Shown: piece after piece, positions 35,118-43,958 of the stretch | Position numbering within the stretch: position 1 is the stretch's first letter | How the letters are laid out: every line of letters starts with the position of its first letter | UHGV virus genome: UHGV-0210343 | Origin: a virus | Direction: 5' to 3' (one strand) | DNA: 49,929 nt | Translations under genes and position numbers: made by a program | The notes under the pieces: model-generated | Told to the model about the DNA's origin: nothing | Database searches by the model: none | Seen by the model: the letters and a program-made list of their open reading frames with translations, nothing else

Positions 35118-35333
35118 ATGTACAGACCTGGCAGCGATTTGGCTCACGTTTACCATCACGTATCTGGCATTAATGTCAATGAGGTTAAGCTCTTGCCGTC
35201 CAGCGAGATAGTTGGCATGGACATAGCAAGATTCAGGATGAACCTTTCCAAAGTTTCAAAGGATGCTGGCATGATGTTCATCACCCGTTTTGATAACCAT
35301 AAAGAAATCCTCACCATCAGAAGGATCTCATGA
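35118..35333 (+). CDS. Hypothetical protein (71 aa) with a strong SD (AAGGAGGAG)
   Basis: SD and ORF. Confidence 0.5.
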   Translation: MYRPGSDLAHVYHHVSGINVNEVKLLPSSEIVGMDIARFRMNLSKVSKDAGMMFITRFDNHKEILTIRRIS

Positions 35334-36820
35334 TGGCAATAAAGACCATTTACGACCTCACCGCCGACATCAAAAAAGACTCATGGTACGACATCACCAA
35401 GCCGCCTGGGCTTGCTGGTGAGATAGCTGAAGACATCGCCGCTGGTGAGGTGCGAGAACAGCCAAGGTTGCGCGCTGTGGCAGCACTGCATGAGCTGGTA
35501 ATTGCCAGCAAAGGTAAAATTAAAACCCCAAGCGGCATGAAAGGAAACTTGCTGACCATCTGCATTGCTGATTCTGCCGGTGGTAAAGACCGTTCTCAAA
35601 GTCACTTCAAGATGATCGCCCGCGATATCGACAAAGGTCAGCACGTTTTTGGCCGCATAGCATCATCAAAAGATATCGGGCGCACACTGATAAACCACGA
35701 AGGCGTGGCAACATTTATTATTGATGAATGCCATGGTCTTTTTGGCGTGATGTCACAAAAGAATGGCGCCACCTATATGGCAGAGCTTGGCTCTGAAATT
35801 CTCTCAATCTATTCAGACCGCCTGAAAAAATTCTCTGACCTTGATGCCATTAATGCGAAGGAGTTGCTGGAGAAGGAGTTAAAAAAACTGCGCGCAGAAG
35901 TTAAGGATAAGGGCATTGTTGAAACTGAGTATCGTCGACGTGAAATGCAGCTCGAAAAAGAAATCTTATGGCCTATCCAGAACGGGATAGAAGACCCTAT
36001 ATTTTCAATGATGTGCTTCTCAACGCCTGAAAAGCTGGCAAGCATCATCTGCTCTGAAAACATTGGCACCGGCCTTATTGGTCGTGCGATATTCATCAAA
36101 GGAAAAGATGGCCGAGCAAGGAAAGCAAAAAGATTCGGTCACAAGACGCCGCCATCGCTTATCGAGAAGATGAAACAGATAGAGAAATCAGCACCAACCG
36201 TGGCGAGGTACGAAGATACAATGGTTGAGCAACTTGCCGAATCTCTTGATGATCGTTTTGAGGAGTTGCGGAATGATGTTGCGCTAGGGGCTGTAATATC
36301 ACGTTCATTTGAGCAGGTTGAAAAGGTTGCAACAGCTCTTTCTGCTGGTAATAAAGGAGTCATTACAGAATCCATGCTCATGTGGGCTTTTTGCTTTGTA
36401 TGCGAAAGCCTTACTGACGTGATGAGCATGCTTAAAGTGAATGAGAGCCAGGAGGAACTTGGTACTATGGCGCGATGGAACGAGATTAAAAACCGCATTG
36501 AAAACGTGCTATCTGGTAGAACACGCGATGATTCAATGCCTCAGTCAAGCATTATTCAGCGCGTAGTTAAAACCAAGTCGCTAAAAGGACTGGCAGAAGC
36601 TATTGCTCGTACCAATGGAGAGGATTTTAATTTCGGCGCAAAAACACTTATCACGCCAGTAATGCAGGCATTAATGGAGTCAAGAGCTATTGATGCTGTC
36701 GGTTGCGGTTACTGGATTAACGACGCGAGCAAATTTGAGTCGACAAAAATGAGCATTAAATTCTCTCAGATTGTTGAGGGTATCGGCATGAATATGGCGG
36801 CGCAGAGAGGTTGGAGATGA
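35330..36820 (+). CDS. Large hypothetical protein (496 aa) with FIIDECHGLFG (DExH-like Walker B) and a degenerate P-loop-like ADSAGGKD
   Basis: Motifs only; sits next to the origin-like region. Confidence 0.4.
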   Translation: MMAIKTIYDLTADIKKDSWYDITKPPGLAGEIAEDIAAGEVREQPRLRAVAALHELVIASKGKIKTPSGMKGNLLTICIADSAGGKDRSQSHFKMIARDIDKGQHVFGRIASSKDIGRTLINHEGVATFIIDECHGLFGVMSQKNGATYMAELGSEILSIYSDRLKKFSDLDAINAKELLEKELKKLRAEVKDKGIVETEYRRREMQLEKEILWPIQNGIEDPIFSMMCFSTPEKLASIICSENIGTGLIGRAIFIKGKDGRARKAKRFGHKTPPSLIEKMKQIEKSAPTVARYEDTMVEQLAESLDDRFEELRNDVALGAVISRSFEQVEKVATALSAGNKGVITESMLMWAFCFVCESLTDVMSMLKVNESQEELGTMARWNEIKNRIENVLSGRTRDDSMPQSSIIQRVVKTKSLKGLAEAIARTNGEDFNFGAKTLITPVMQALMESRAIDAVGCGYWINDASKFESTKMSIKFSQIVEGIGMNMAAQRGWR

Positions 36821-37032
36821 AAAATAAGTGGATTGAATGTAGTGAAAAATTACCAGAGGAAAATACAAAAGTAATTTTTTATCCAAAAGATGATGAGCCA
36901 CTACATGGAGTTTATCTTCAAGGACACTGGTTTCAGGATGTATCTTGGTGCAGCATAGACTCTGATGGAGTTCTTGATAACATGGTAACAATTGGTGTTA
37001 CTCACTGGATGCCAGTTCCAGAAAAACCATAA
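36811..37032 (+). CDS. DUF551-like small protein (73 aa)
   Basis: KWIECSEKLPEE...THWMPVPE. Confidence 0.45.
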   Translation: MEMKNKWIECSEKLPEENTKVIFYPKDDEPLHGVYLQGHWFQDVSWCSIDSDGVLDNMVTIGVTHWMPVPEKP

Positions 37033-37062
37033 ACAAAAACCCTCCATCAGGAGGGTTTGTTT
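37033..37062. terminator. Bidirectional terminator CCCTCCatcaGGAGGG + T-runs
   Basis: Hairpin. Confidence 0.75.
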
Positions 37063-38000
37063 TTTAGTGCTTCAAATAGTTCTTCTGGTTTATACAGCCT
37101 TTTTCTGATGGCACTGCTGTAACGGATATCCTGACCGTCATCAGTAATCAGCATCGGTAGACCTGCATTCTCGGCTGCGCATATCTCGTCGAAATTATTA
37201 TTAATGATACAGCGTAGTTTAGCTCGCTGCTCATCGCTGACATTGCGCACAACTTCCCACATATTTTCCGGAGACCAGCAGCACCAGACATGAGCACCGG
37301 TAAGCCGGTGTGCTCGCCAGGCATCGAGGTAATCCGCAACAAGGTATGTCCACTCCGTCTTATCGCCGATGGGTGTCACTGCGCCGCGCGTAAGTCTTCC
37401 GCGAGTGTACTCATGGCTGAAACCAGCGCGAAATGACACGATTTCATCGTCAGCAATGAATGCAACATTGCATGGCGTCATGGTTCCAGCCATATAGAGC
37501 GGTATCGCCACCAGTTCACCGGTTTTGCCGGTTATGGTGTCGCCTCCTGTTTTTTCCATGATGGCCGCCACTTCTGCCTCTGTCAGGTAGTCAGAAGCAT
37601 GGTTGACCTTCGGAAGTTGCTTTCTAATCGCCTCAAGTTTTTCGCGTGGGTGCATGTTTAGAAATCCGGCCAGTGCCTCCATTGACTCTGGAAACGTCAT
37701 TCCTGACAGCTTCATTAGCCAGGTGATTCCGCTGCCGTTTCCGCACTGGTTGCAGATGGCGCCGCCGTCGCCTTTGTAGTCTAAGTGGTCATCGAATCTA
37801 AACCTGTCCTTGCCAGCGCAACTTGGGCATGGCTGATGTTTACCATTGAAAATTCTCACATCGACATTTACTATCGACATGATGGCAGCCTGCCAGTTGC
37901 CTACCATTAAAGGCTCTATATCCTTCCAGTCGTATCGCATAATTTCTTCCAGTTGACTATGATGTAGATTCATTGTAATCTTTACACAAGAAACAATCAA
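37047..38000 (-). CDS. DNA primase (Zn-ribbon + Toprim); start is either 38000 or MNLHH at 37973
   Basis: CPSCAGKDRFRF...CNQCG zinc ribbon, followed by an acidic Toprim-like segment (VAFIADDE). Confidence 0.65.
   Translation of the reverse strand: MIVSCVKITMNLHHSQLEEIMRYDWKDIEPLMVGNWQAAIMSIVNVDVRIFNGKHQPCPSCAGKDRFRFDDHLDYKGDGGAICNQCGNGSGITWLMKLSGMTFPESMEALAGFLNMHPREKLEAIRKQLPKVNHASDYLTEAEVAAIMEKTGGDTITGKTGELVAIPLYMAGTMTPCNVAFIADDEIVSFRAGFSHEYTRGRLTRGAVTPIGDKTEWTYLVADYLDAWRAHRLTGAHVWCCWSPENMWEVVRNVSDEQRAKLRCIINNNFDEICAAENAGLPMLITDDGQDIRYSSAIRKRLYKPEELFEALKNKPS
37954..37982 (+). promoter_or_regulatory. Promoter TTGACT-N17-TAATCT containing a GATGTAGATT element
   Basis: Family motif. Confidence 0.45.
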
Positions 38001-38047
38001 TCGTTACTTGCAATGAAACAATTAACCGTTACAATAGAGGGTAAGAA

Positions 38048-38200
38048 ATGGCTATCACCGTTAAGAAATGCGAGGTTTGCGGAAGTGAGTTTATCGGAAC
38101 TGCAAAAGCAAAATGTTGCTCAGGAAAGTGCAGGTTGCGAAAGCACAGGGACAAAAAAGAAATGCTCAAGATGCAATCTAATGCTTCCTGCAACAAGTGA
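38048..38200 (+). CDS. Small Zn-ribbon protein (50 aa) with a strong SD (AGAGGGTAAG)
   Basis: CEVCG...CCSGKC pattern; it has a better RBS than the annotated start of the overlapping long ORF. Confidence 0.35.
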   Translation: MAITVKKCEVCGSEFIGTAKAKCCSGKCRLRKHRDKKEMLKMQSNASCNK

Positions 38201-38786
38201 TTACTTCTACTCAGACAAGAAGATGAGGCTTGGTTTAAAATCTCATTGTAAATCATGCGATGGAAACAAAGGTAAAAGGCTGAGATATCTTGTTGATGGA
38301 AGGAAGGTCTGCTCTAAATGCAACTCAGTTCTTGATGCAAATGAAGAAAACTTCAATAAAAACAAATCATCACTTGATGGTCTTAGGCCTGAATGTAATA
38401 AGTGCCAATCAGAGTTCAAGAAAAGTAATTACGCAGCAAATAAGAACAAGATAAAGGCAAAATCAAAGAAGTATTACAATGAAAACAAAGATAAGCACAA
38501 TGAGCAATCAAGACGCTGGAGGGCTGAAAATAAAAATATTGTTAGATATCACCAGCGTAAATATAAATATCTAAAAAGAAGGTCAATTCCATCTTGGTTC
38601 GAATCTGAAAGGGTTCTGATAGAGAAGGTTTATGAAATGGCAGCCAGTCTTGGAATGCACGTTGACCATATTGTTCCAATAAATAGCAAGTTGGTTTGCG
38701 GTCTTCACTGCTGGCATAACCTTCAATTGTTAACTCCAAGCGAAAACAGATCTAAGAGCAACGTTTACTGGCCTGACATGCCATAG
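38181..38786 (+). CDS. HNH homing endonuclease with three CxxC Zn-ribbon repeats (the ORF is open from 38013; the start is uncertain, 38181 or 38223)
   Basis: C-terminal HVDHIVPI...HCWHNLQLLTPSEN. Confidence 0.6.
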   Translation: MLPATSDYFYSDKKMRLGLKSHCKSCDGNKGKRLRYLVDGRKVCSKCNSVLDANEENFNKNKSSLDGLRPECNKCQSEFKKSNYAANKNKIKAKSKKYYNENKDKHNEQSRRWRAENKNIVRYHQRKYKYLKRRSIPSWFESERVLIEKVYEMAASLGMHVDHIVPINSKLVCGLHCWHNLQLLTPSENRSKSNVYWPDMP

Positions 38787-38794
38787 GTGATTAA

Positions 38795-40702
38795 ATGCAC
38801 AAGATAGATAAGCTAATAAGTGAAATAGACATCACAGCAATACAATCAACGATAAGCACAGGAGAAATCACTCCTCGTGATTATCAGTTTCTTTGCTACC
38901 ACTTGGCAGCTCAGGAAATTCGTCATTATGCAGGGCCTTTTTATATAACAGCCAGTGTCGGCGCTGGGAAGACAATCATGATCGCGATGATTGCGAGAAG
39001 ATTTTCAGACATGGGTTATAAAGGAATGGTACTCGCCAGACAGTCTGAAATTATTTCTCAGAATGCTGAGGAGTGCTGGAATTTTGGTGTTAAAAATTCA
39101 TTGTTTAGCGCTGGGCTTGGTCGCAAGTCAACTGCTTATCCGTTGCTTATGGGTACAGAGGGAACGGTCGTCAACTCTCTTTTTGATGCGGATGATAAAA
39201 AACAGCCATTAAGCGATTTTGTCCCCCGTTACCTAATCATTGACGAATGTCACCAGGTGGATTGGGCTGATGTTGTAGGTGATGCAACAACGCAGTACGG
39301 AATTATAATAAATACCTTCATGAAGCGCTGCAAAGACACGCATGGTCATGAGTTGAGAATTATCGGCCTTACTGGCTCACCATTTCGTGGCGTTGAGTCA
39401 ATCAAGGGCGCATTCTGGAAAAAGGAAGTGGTTAGCATTGATACTAAATACATGGTTGATCGTGGCTTTCTGGTTCCTACCATCTTTGGCTTGCATGATG
39501 CTGACGACCTTCACTATGACCTCTCTAACTTTCATTCATCGGATGAAGATGGAGTGCAAGATTTTACTTTTGAGCAATTAAAGCAGATGCAAAAAGAGAT
39601 TCTCGATCAGGGTACTCTCACGCAAAAAATAATGCTTAAAGTTATGGAATTAACCGCAAATCGCAACGGGGTTCTTATAACGTGTGCTGGTAAAAAACAC
39701 TGTCAAGAAGCCGCGAAATACCTGCCAGATGGCACTTATGCAATTGTCACTGAAGATATGGGGATCAAAGCTCGACAGAAGGCGCTAAAGGATGCTTACC
39801 AAGGTCGCATTAAATATGTGTTGCAGATTGCCGCGCTTACTACTGGTGTGAATATCCCACTATGGGACACGAGTGTTATATTGCGAAAAATAATGTCACT
39901 TACCCTTCTTGTTCAGTTGCTTGGCCGTGGTATGCGTCTTTTAAAACCTGAGCAAATTGCAGCAGGTTACAGGAAAGATGATCACCTTGTATTAGACTTC
40001 ACCGGAACCATGTTTGAGTTGGGCGGTCTGTACGAAGACCCTATTCTTGAGGAAGCAGAAGCGCAGCGCGCCAAGCGCAGCGGAGAGCAGGTTCCATGCC
40101 CTAAATGCCAGACGATGAACAGCCCATATGCACGGCGCTGCATCGGTAAAGACTCAACGTCGCCAGATGGCCGATGCGAAGAATTTTTCAGCTTCATTCG
40201 CTGCGGTTTCGACAAGCACGGCATCCGTATTTTTGATGCTGGTTGCGGCACAAAAAACGACCCGACAGCTCGTTATTGCCGTCAATGCGATCACGTTTTG
40301 CGCGACCCTAATGCGGCGCTTAATGAGCGCGCCTACACGGATAAAGAATGGACTGACGTAAAAGAATTCAAAGTAGAGCTCACCAAAGACGCTGAGGGGG
40401 TTCTTTATCGTTACCTGGTGGTAAAAGCTGATGGCAAGACCGGCTGGGCAAATGAAGTGTTTTATCCGTTTGGAGGCAAGCCAAAGCACCTGCGCGACAT
40501 GTTTAAAATGAAGGCTCTGCTTCCGCATCTGGAAGATAAATCAATGATGAAGAAAATGATGGACTGTCATGATGCGAAGACTTTCATGCATTACGCCGGG
40601 TTAATCAGAGCACCTAAACGCATTACGCATCGTTTTAACGATAAAGGCCGCGATATCATCCACCGCAAGGATTTCATTGGAGAACAAATTGAAGCAGCTT
40701 GA
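38795..40702 (+). CDS. SF2 DNA helicase (DExH) with C-terminal Zn ribbons
   Basis: Walker A GAGKT, LIIDECHQV motif II, CPKC...C and CRQC ribbons. Confidence 0.8.
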   Translation: MHKIDKLISEIDITAIQSTISTGEITPRDYQFLCYHLAAQEIRHYAGPFYITASVGAGKTIMIAMIARRFSDMGYKGMVLARQSEIISQNAEECWNFGVKNSLFSAGLGRKSTAYPLLMGTEGTVVNSLFDADDKKQPLSDFVPRYLIIDECHQVDWADVVGDATTQYGIIINTFMKRCKDTHGHELRIIGLTGSPFRGVESIKGAFWKKEVVSIDTKYMVDRGFLVPTIFGLHDADDLHYDLSNFHSSDEDGVQDFTFEQLKQMQKEILDQGTLTQKIMLKVMELTANRNGVLITCAGKKHCQEAAKYLPDGTYAIVTEDMGIKARQKALKDAYQGRIKYVLQIAALTTGVNIPLWDTSVILRKIMSLTLLVQLLGRGMRLLKPEQIAAGYRKDDHLVLDFTGTMFELGGLYEDPILEEAEAQRAKRSGEQVPCPKCQTMNSPYARRCIGKDSTSPDGRCEEFFSFIRCGFDKHGIRIFDAGCGTKNDPTARYCRQCDHVLRDPNAALNERAYTDKEWTDVKEFKVELTKDAEGVLYRYLVVKADGKTGWANEVFYPFGGKPKHLRDMFKMKALLPHLEDKSMMKKMMDCHDAKTFMHYAGLIRAPKRITHRFNDKGRDIIHRKDFIGEQIEAA

Positions 40703-41105
40703 TAGCGGGATATGGGTATTCGACAGTGGTTATCGTGGAGAATGCCCTAAAGAAGAGACTGACCAGATGGGATATGGCCTTTGGATGCAATACCGTTTTC
40801 CTGATGCTCTGTGGTTTCATGTTCCAAATGAGACCGGCACAAAGAGTGGGCCGCAATTCATCGAAAAACGCCGCAAAATGGGCGTCAGGAGCGGTGTAAG
40901 CGACAACGTGATACTAACCAACGGCATTAATCATAAATGCGGCCTGATTGAACTGAAGAGGCGTGACAAGACAAAATCAAAAGTGTCGCCATCACAGATT
41001 GAGGTTCTTGAGTGCGCCATTGCAGAGGGTCACTTTGGCGCCATTGCTTATGGTCTTGAGGAGATAAAAAGAGCGACGTTATTCTATTTTGGGCTTGATG
41101 AATGA
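40677..41105 (+). CDS. VRR-NUC-like nuclease domain protein (start uncertain)
   Basis: HVPNE...GxxxGxxD...IELK...SxxQ pattern resembling VRR-NUC. Confidence 0.4.
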   Translation: MENKLKQLDSGIWVFDSGYRGECPKEETDQMGYGLWMQYRFPDALWFHVPNETGTKSGPQFIEKRRKMGVRSGVSDNVILTNGINHKCGLIELKRRDKTKSKVSPSQIEVLECAIAEGHFGAIAYGLEEIKRATLFYFGLDE

Positions 41106-41123
41106 CGTGGTTTGATGTAGATT
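41095..41123 (+). promoter_or_regulatory. Promoter TTGATG-N17-TAGATT with a TGACGTGG/GATGTAGATTGA element
   Basis: Family motif. Confidence 0.45.
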
Positions 41124-41142
41124 GATTTAAAAATAAAAAGAG

Positions 41143-41340
41143 GTGATGGATATGAAGTTATTTTGTTCAAGTTCAACTAATGAAAGATTCACTGAATGTG
41201 AATTTTATGATGCTCAATTTAATGGGCGTCAATTCCATGTTACAGACAACACAAGTAAAGCGTGGTCAGCTTTATATGAGGATGACTCTGGATTCATAGT
41301 AATTGAGATGGTCGGCGGTGACTTTGTGGAGTTCGAGTAA
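41143..41340 (+). CDS. Hypothetical protein (65 aa)
   Basis: GAGGTGATGG SD. Confidence 0.45.
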   Translation: MMDMKLFCSSSTNERFTECEFYDAQFNGRQFHVTDNTSKAWSALYEDDSGFIVIEMVGGDFVEFE

Positions 41341-42296
41341 TGAAAGTATATCTAAACAACGAACTCAGCAACGATCAGTACCACGCTGACACAGAGCACA
41401 TCAACGGCTCTGGCCTGTGGAACATCTATGACCGCTGCCCGGCAGCATGGCGCTATAAAGACGAAGAAGACGAGCAGTCAAAGGCGCTTGTTTTCGGCAC
41501 CGGTAGCCATACCGCTCTGCTTGAGCCTGAGCGTTTCGAAGCAGAATATGCCCGCATGCCAGTTGTCGAAGATTTTCCAAAAGACAAAGATGGCAATCGC
41601 ACGGTGCTGGTGACAGCTTCCGACATGAACTCATGGGCGAAAGAGCGCGGCATTAAAGGGCTTTCAGGTAAGACTAAAGCCGAAGTGATTAAAATTATTC
41701 AGGCCACTGGCGAGACAGTGCAGATTTACGATGTTATCCGTGAAGAAGCAGAGAAGGCCGCTACTGGTAAATCAATGTTGGAAGGTAATGACTATGACGC
41801 CATCATGCAGATGCGCGCCGTAATCCATGCAAACAGCTATTACAGCAGCCTGCTTTCTAGTGCTTATTTCGAGGTGTCAATTCTCGGTCAGTTGCTTGGC
41901 GAGCCATCAAAAGTGCGCTTTGACTGCCTTACTCGCGGAGGCGACATCATCGACTACAAAACAGCGGTTAGCGCCAAGCCTGATGAGTTTTTCCGCCATG
42001 CAGCACGCCTAGGATACTTCATGAAAATGACAATGCAACACGATATGTTTGTTGAGGCTTATGGGCATGCTCCCCGCTCTGTAAACCTCCTGGTGCAGGA
42101 GAAGAAATCGCCATTCATCCCTGCACTGATTCGTCTGACGGATGAGCAGTTACGCATTGGTCGTATTCAGCTGCGCAGCGCGATGGAAATCTATAAGGCA
42201 TGCAAAAAAGCCAATTCATGGCCAGGTTACTCAATGGGTAATCCGGTCATCGAAATGGAAACGCCAGAATGGTTCAAAAAGCAATTTAACCTGTAA
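41340..42296 (+). CDS. PD-(D/E)XK family exonuclease (RecB/Cas4-like fold), recombination-associated
   Basis: GTGSHTALLEP ... DIIDYKT (D..D.K motif). Confidence 0.6.
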   Translation: MKVYLNNELSNDQYHADTEHINGSGLWNIYDRCPAAWRYKDEEDEQSKALVFGTGSHTALLEPERFEAEYARMPVVEDFPKDKDGNRTVLVTASDMNSWAKERGIKGLSGKTKAEVIKIIQATGETVQIYDVIREEAEKAATGKSMLEGNDYDAIMQMRAVIHANSYYSSLLSSAYFEVSILGQLLGEPSKVRFDCLTRGGDIIDYKTAVSAKPDEFFRHAARLGYFMKMTMQHDMFVEAYGHAPRSVNLLVQEKKSPFIPALIRLTDEQLRIGRIQLRSAMEIYKACKKANSWPGYSMGNPVIEMETPEWFKKQFNL

Positions 42297-42316
42297 TTTA
42301 TAGTAAATGAGGTGAA

Positions 42317-42979
42317 GTGATGAAATTTTCAGAACAGAAAGCAAACCTGATTAAGGCTCTGGTAGAGGCGCGAAAGGTGATGAGCAGCAGCGCTAAAAAG
42401 AACGCGCAAAACCCGCACCTTAAAAGCAACTATGCTAACCTTGAGTCATTCCTGAATGCCATTAGACCAGCGCTTGAGGCAAACGGTCTTATCATCATCC
42501 AGAACGCCATTGAGAGCGATACGGTTGATGTTTTGAAGCTGGAAACAACAATCATGCATGAGTCTGGTGAATACATGTCTTCAGTCATGCCAATGCCGGT
42601 TGCCAAGAAAGATGCTCAGGGTTATGGCTCCGCAATGACGTATGCTCGCCGCTACTCTATTGCGTCTATGTTCGGTATTGCGCAGGCTGATGACGATGGC
42701 AATGCTGCACGGAAGTCTCCTAAAGATGCAGCCGCACTCATTCGCTCAGCAGCAAACATGGATGAGCTTACTGCCATTTATGGTGAAGAATACAAATCAT
42801 TCCGTGGTGATGACGCTGCTACTCGCGTAATCGTCGGCGCATACCAGGAAATGAAAGCGAAATTCATTGCTGGCGGCAGTGATTTCAACCCGGCCAAACT
42901 CCAGAAAGCAGAGGCGCCTGCGTCATCTGCAAACGAAGATAAGCCATCAACGTCTCAACAGAACATCGAAAACTTTTAA
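42317..42979 (+). CDS. erf: Erf-family single-strand annealing protein
   Basis: N-terminal LIKALVEARKVM...NPHLKSNYANLESFLNAIRPALEANGL matches the Erf signature. Confidence 0.7.
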   Translation: MMKFSEQKANLIKALVEARKVMSSSAKKNAQNPHLKSNYANLESFLNAIRPALEANGLIIIQNAIESDTVDVLKLETTIMHESGEYMSSVMPMPVAKKDAQGYGSAMTYARRYSIASMFGIAQADDDGNAARKSPKDAAALIRSAANMDELTAIYGEEYKSFRGDDAATRVIVGAYQEMKAKFIAGGSDFNPAKLQKAEAPASSANEDKPSTSQQNIENF

Positions 42980-42988
42980 GGGTAAATT

Positions 42989-43486
42989 ATGGCATCTCGC
43001 GGAATCAACAAAGTAATCATTTTAGGCACTCTCGGACAAGACCCGGAAGTTAAATATATGCCATCTGGCGGAGCTGTGTGCAACCTTTCTCTGGCAACAT
43101 CAGAACAGTGGAACGATAAAGCAACAGGGGAAAAGAAAGAGCAAACTGAATGGCATCGCGTGGTTATCTTCGGAAAACTGGCAGAGGTAGCTGGCGAATA
43201 CCTGCGCAAAGGCTCTCAGGTGTATGTAGAAGGTAAATTACGCACTCGCAAATGGACAGATCAAAGCGGTGTTGAAAAATACACTACTGAAATCGTCTTG
43301 CAGCCTATGAACGGCGTTATGCAAATGATTGGTGGTAAATCAAGTGATAATGGAAGTCAACCATCACAGCAGCAGCAACAGTCAGGAAATAATCAGCAAT
43401 CAGGATGGGGCAAACCTCAGCAGCCATCAAGCACACAAAAACCACCGGCAAACGAACCGCCGATGGAAGATGATATTCCTTTTTGA
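42989..43486 (+). CDS. ssb: Single-stranded DNA-binding protein (OB fold, acidic DDIPF tail)
   Basis: [16 protein letters not shown]...[12 protein letters not shown] and the C-terminal DDIPF. Confidence 0.9.
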   Translation: MASRGINKVIILGTLGQDPEVKYMPSGGAVCNLSLATSEQWNDKATGEKKEQTEWHRVVIFGKLAEVAGEYLRKGSQVYVEGKLRTRKWTDQSGVEKYTTEIVLQPMNGVMQMIGGKSSDNGSQPSQQQQQSGNNQQSGWGKPQQPSSTQKPPANEPPMEDDIPF

Positions 43487-43615
43487 GTAATTAAAGTGGA
43501 TGCTAGTATGTCGCGCATCGTCTTGACGATCTATAGTAACCAGTCACCAAGACGTGCCGACGTCGTGACGTATGGGTTTAAATGCTATATTGATGGTTTA
43601 TAGGAGGATATGTAA

Positions 43616-43738
43616 ATGAGAATTATCAGTATTAGACGACTAACCAATGCTGCGGTGTTGTTTAGGGGTGATAAAACAGTTGTTTATAATTGTATTTACT
43701 CCAATGACCATAAAACGCAAGGATTTGTTATTTCCTAA
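43616..43738 (+). CDS. Small protein (40 aa) with a strong SD (TAGGAGGAT)
   Basis: SD plus ORF, followed by a hairpin at 43741-43769. Confidence 0.3.
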   Translation: MRIISIRRLTNAAVLFRGDKTVVYNCIYSNDHKTQGFVIS

Positions 43739-43740
43739 AA

Positions 43741-43775
43741 TGTGGCGGCGGTCTTATACACCGCCGCCTAATTTA
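43741..43775. terminator. Hairpin GGCGGCGGtcttatacaCCGCCGCC between convergent units
   Basis: 8-bp GC stem; T-tracts are weak. Confidence 0.45.
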
Positions 43776-43946
43776 CACCAAGGTTCCATCGAATCCAACT
43801 AATGTATGCGGACTACCGTCCTGCGATGTACATTTCACATTCCATGAATTATCAATTTTCACGGGAGCACTGATAACGACTAAAATATCGTTGTCGTTGA
43901 TTTGTATCTCATCCCCAATTTTAAGATCGCTCAAAAGCGTAGACAT
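43773..43946 (-). CDS. Small protein (57 aa) downstream of the tail fiber gene, with a strong SD (AGGAG)
   Basis: SD plus ORF. Confidence 0.4.
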   Translation of the reverse strand: MSTLLSDLKIGDEIQINDNDILVVISAPVKIDNSWNVKCTSQDGSPHTLVGFDGTLV

Positions 43947-43958
43947 ATCATACTCCTA

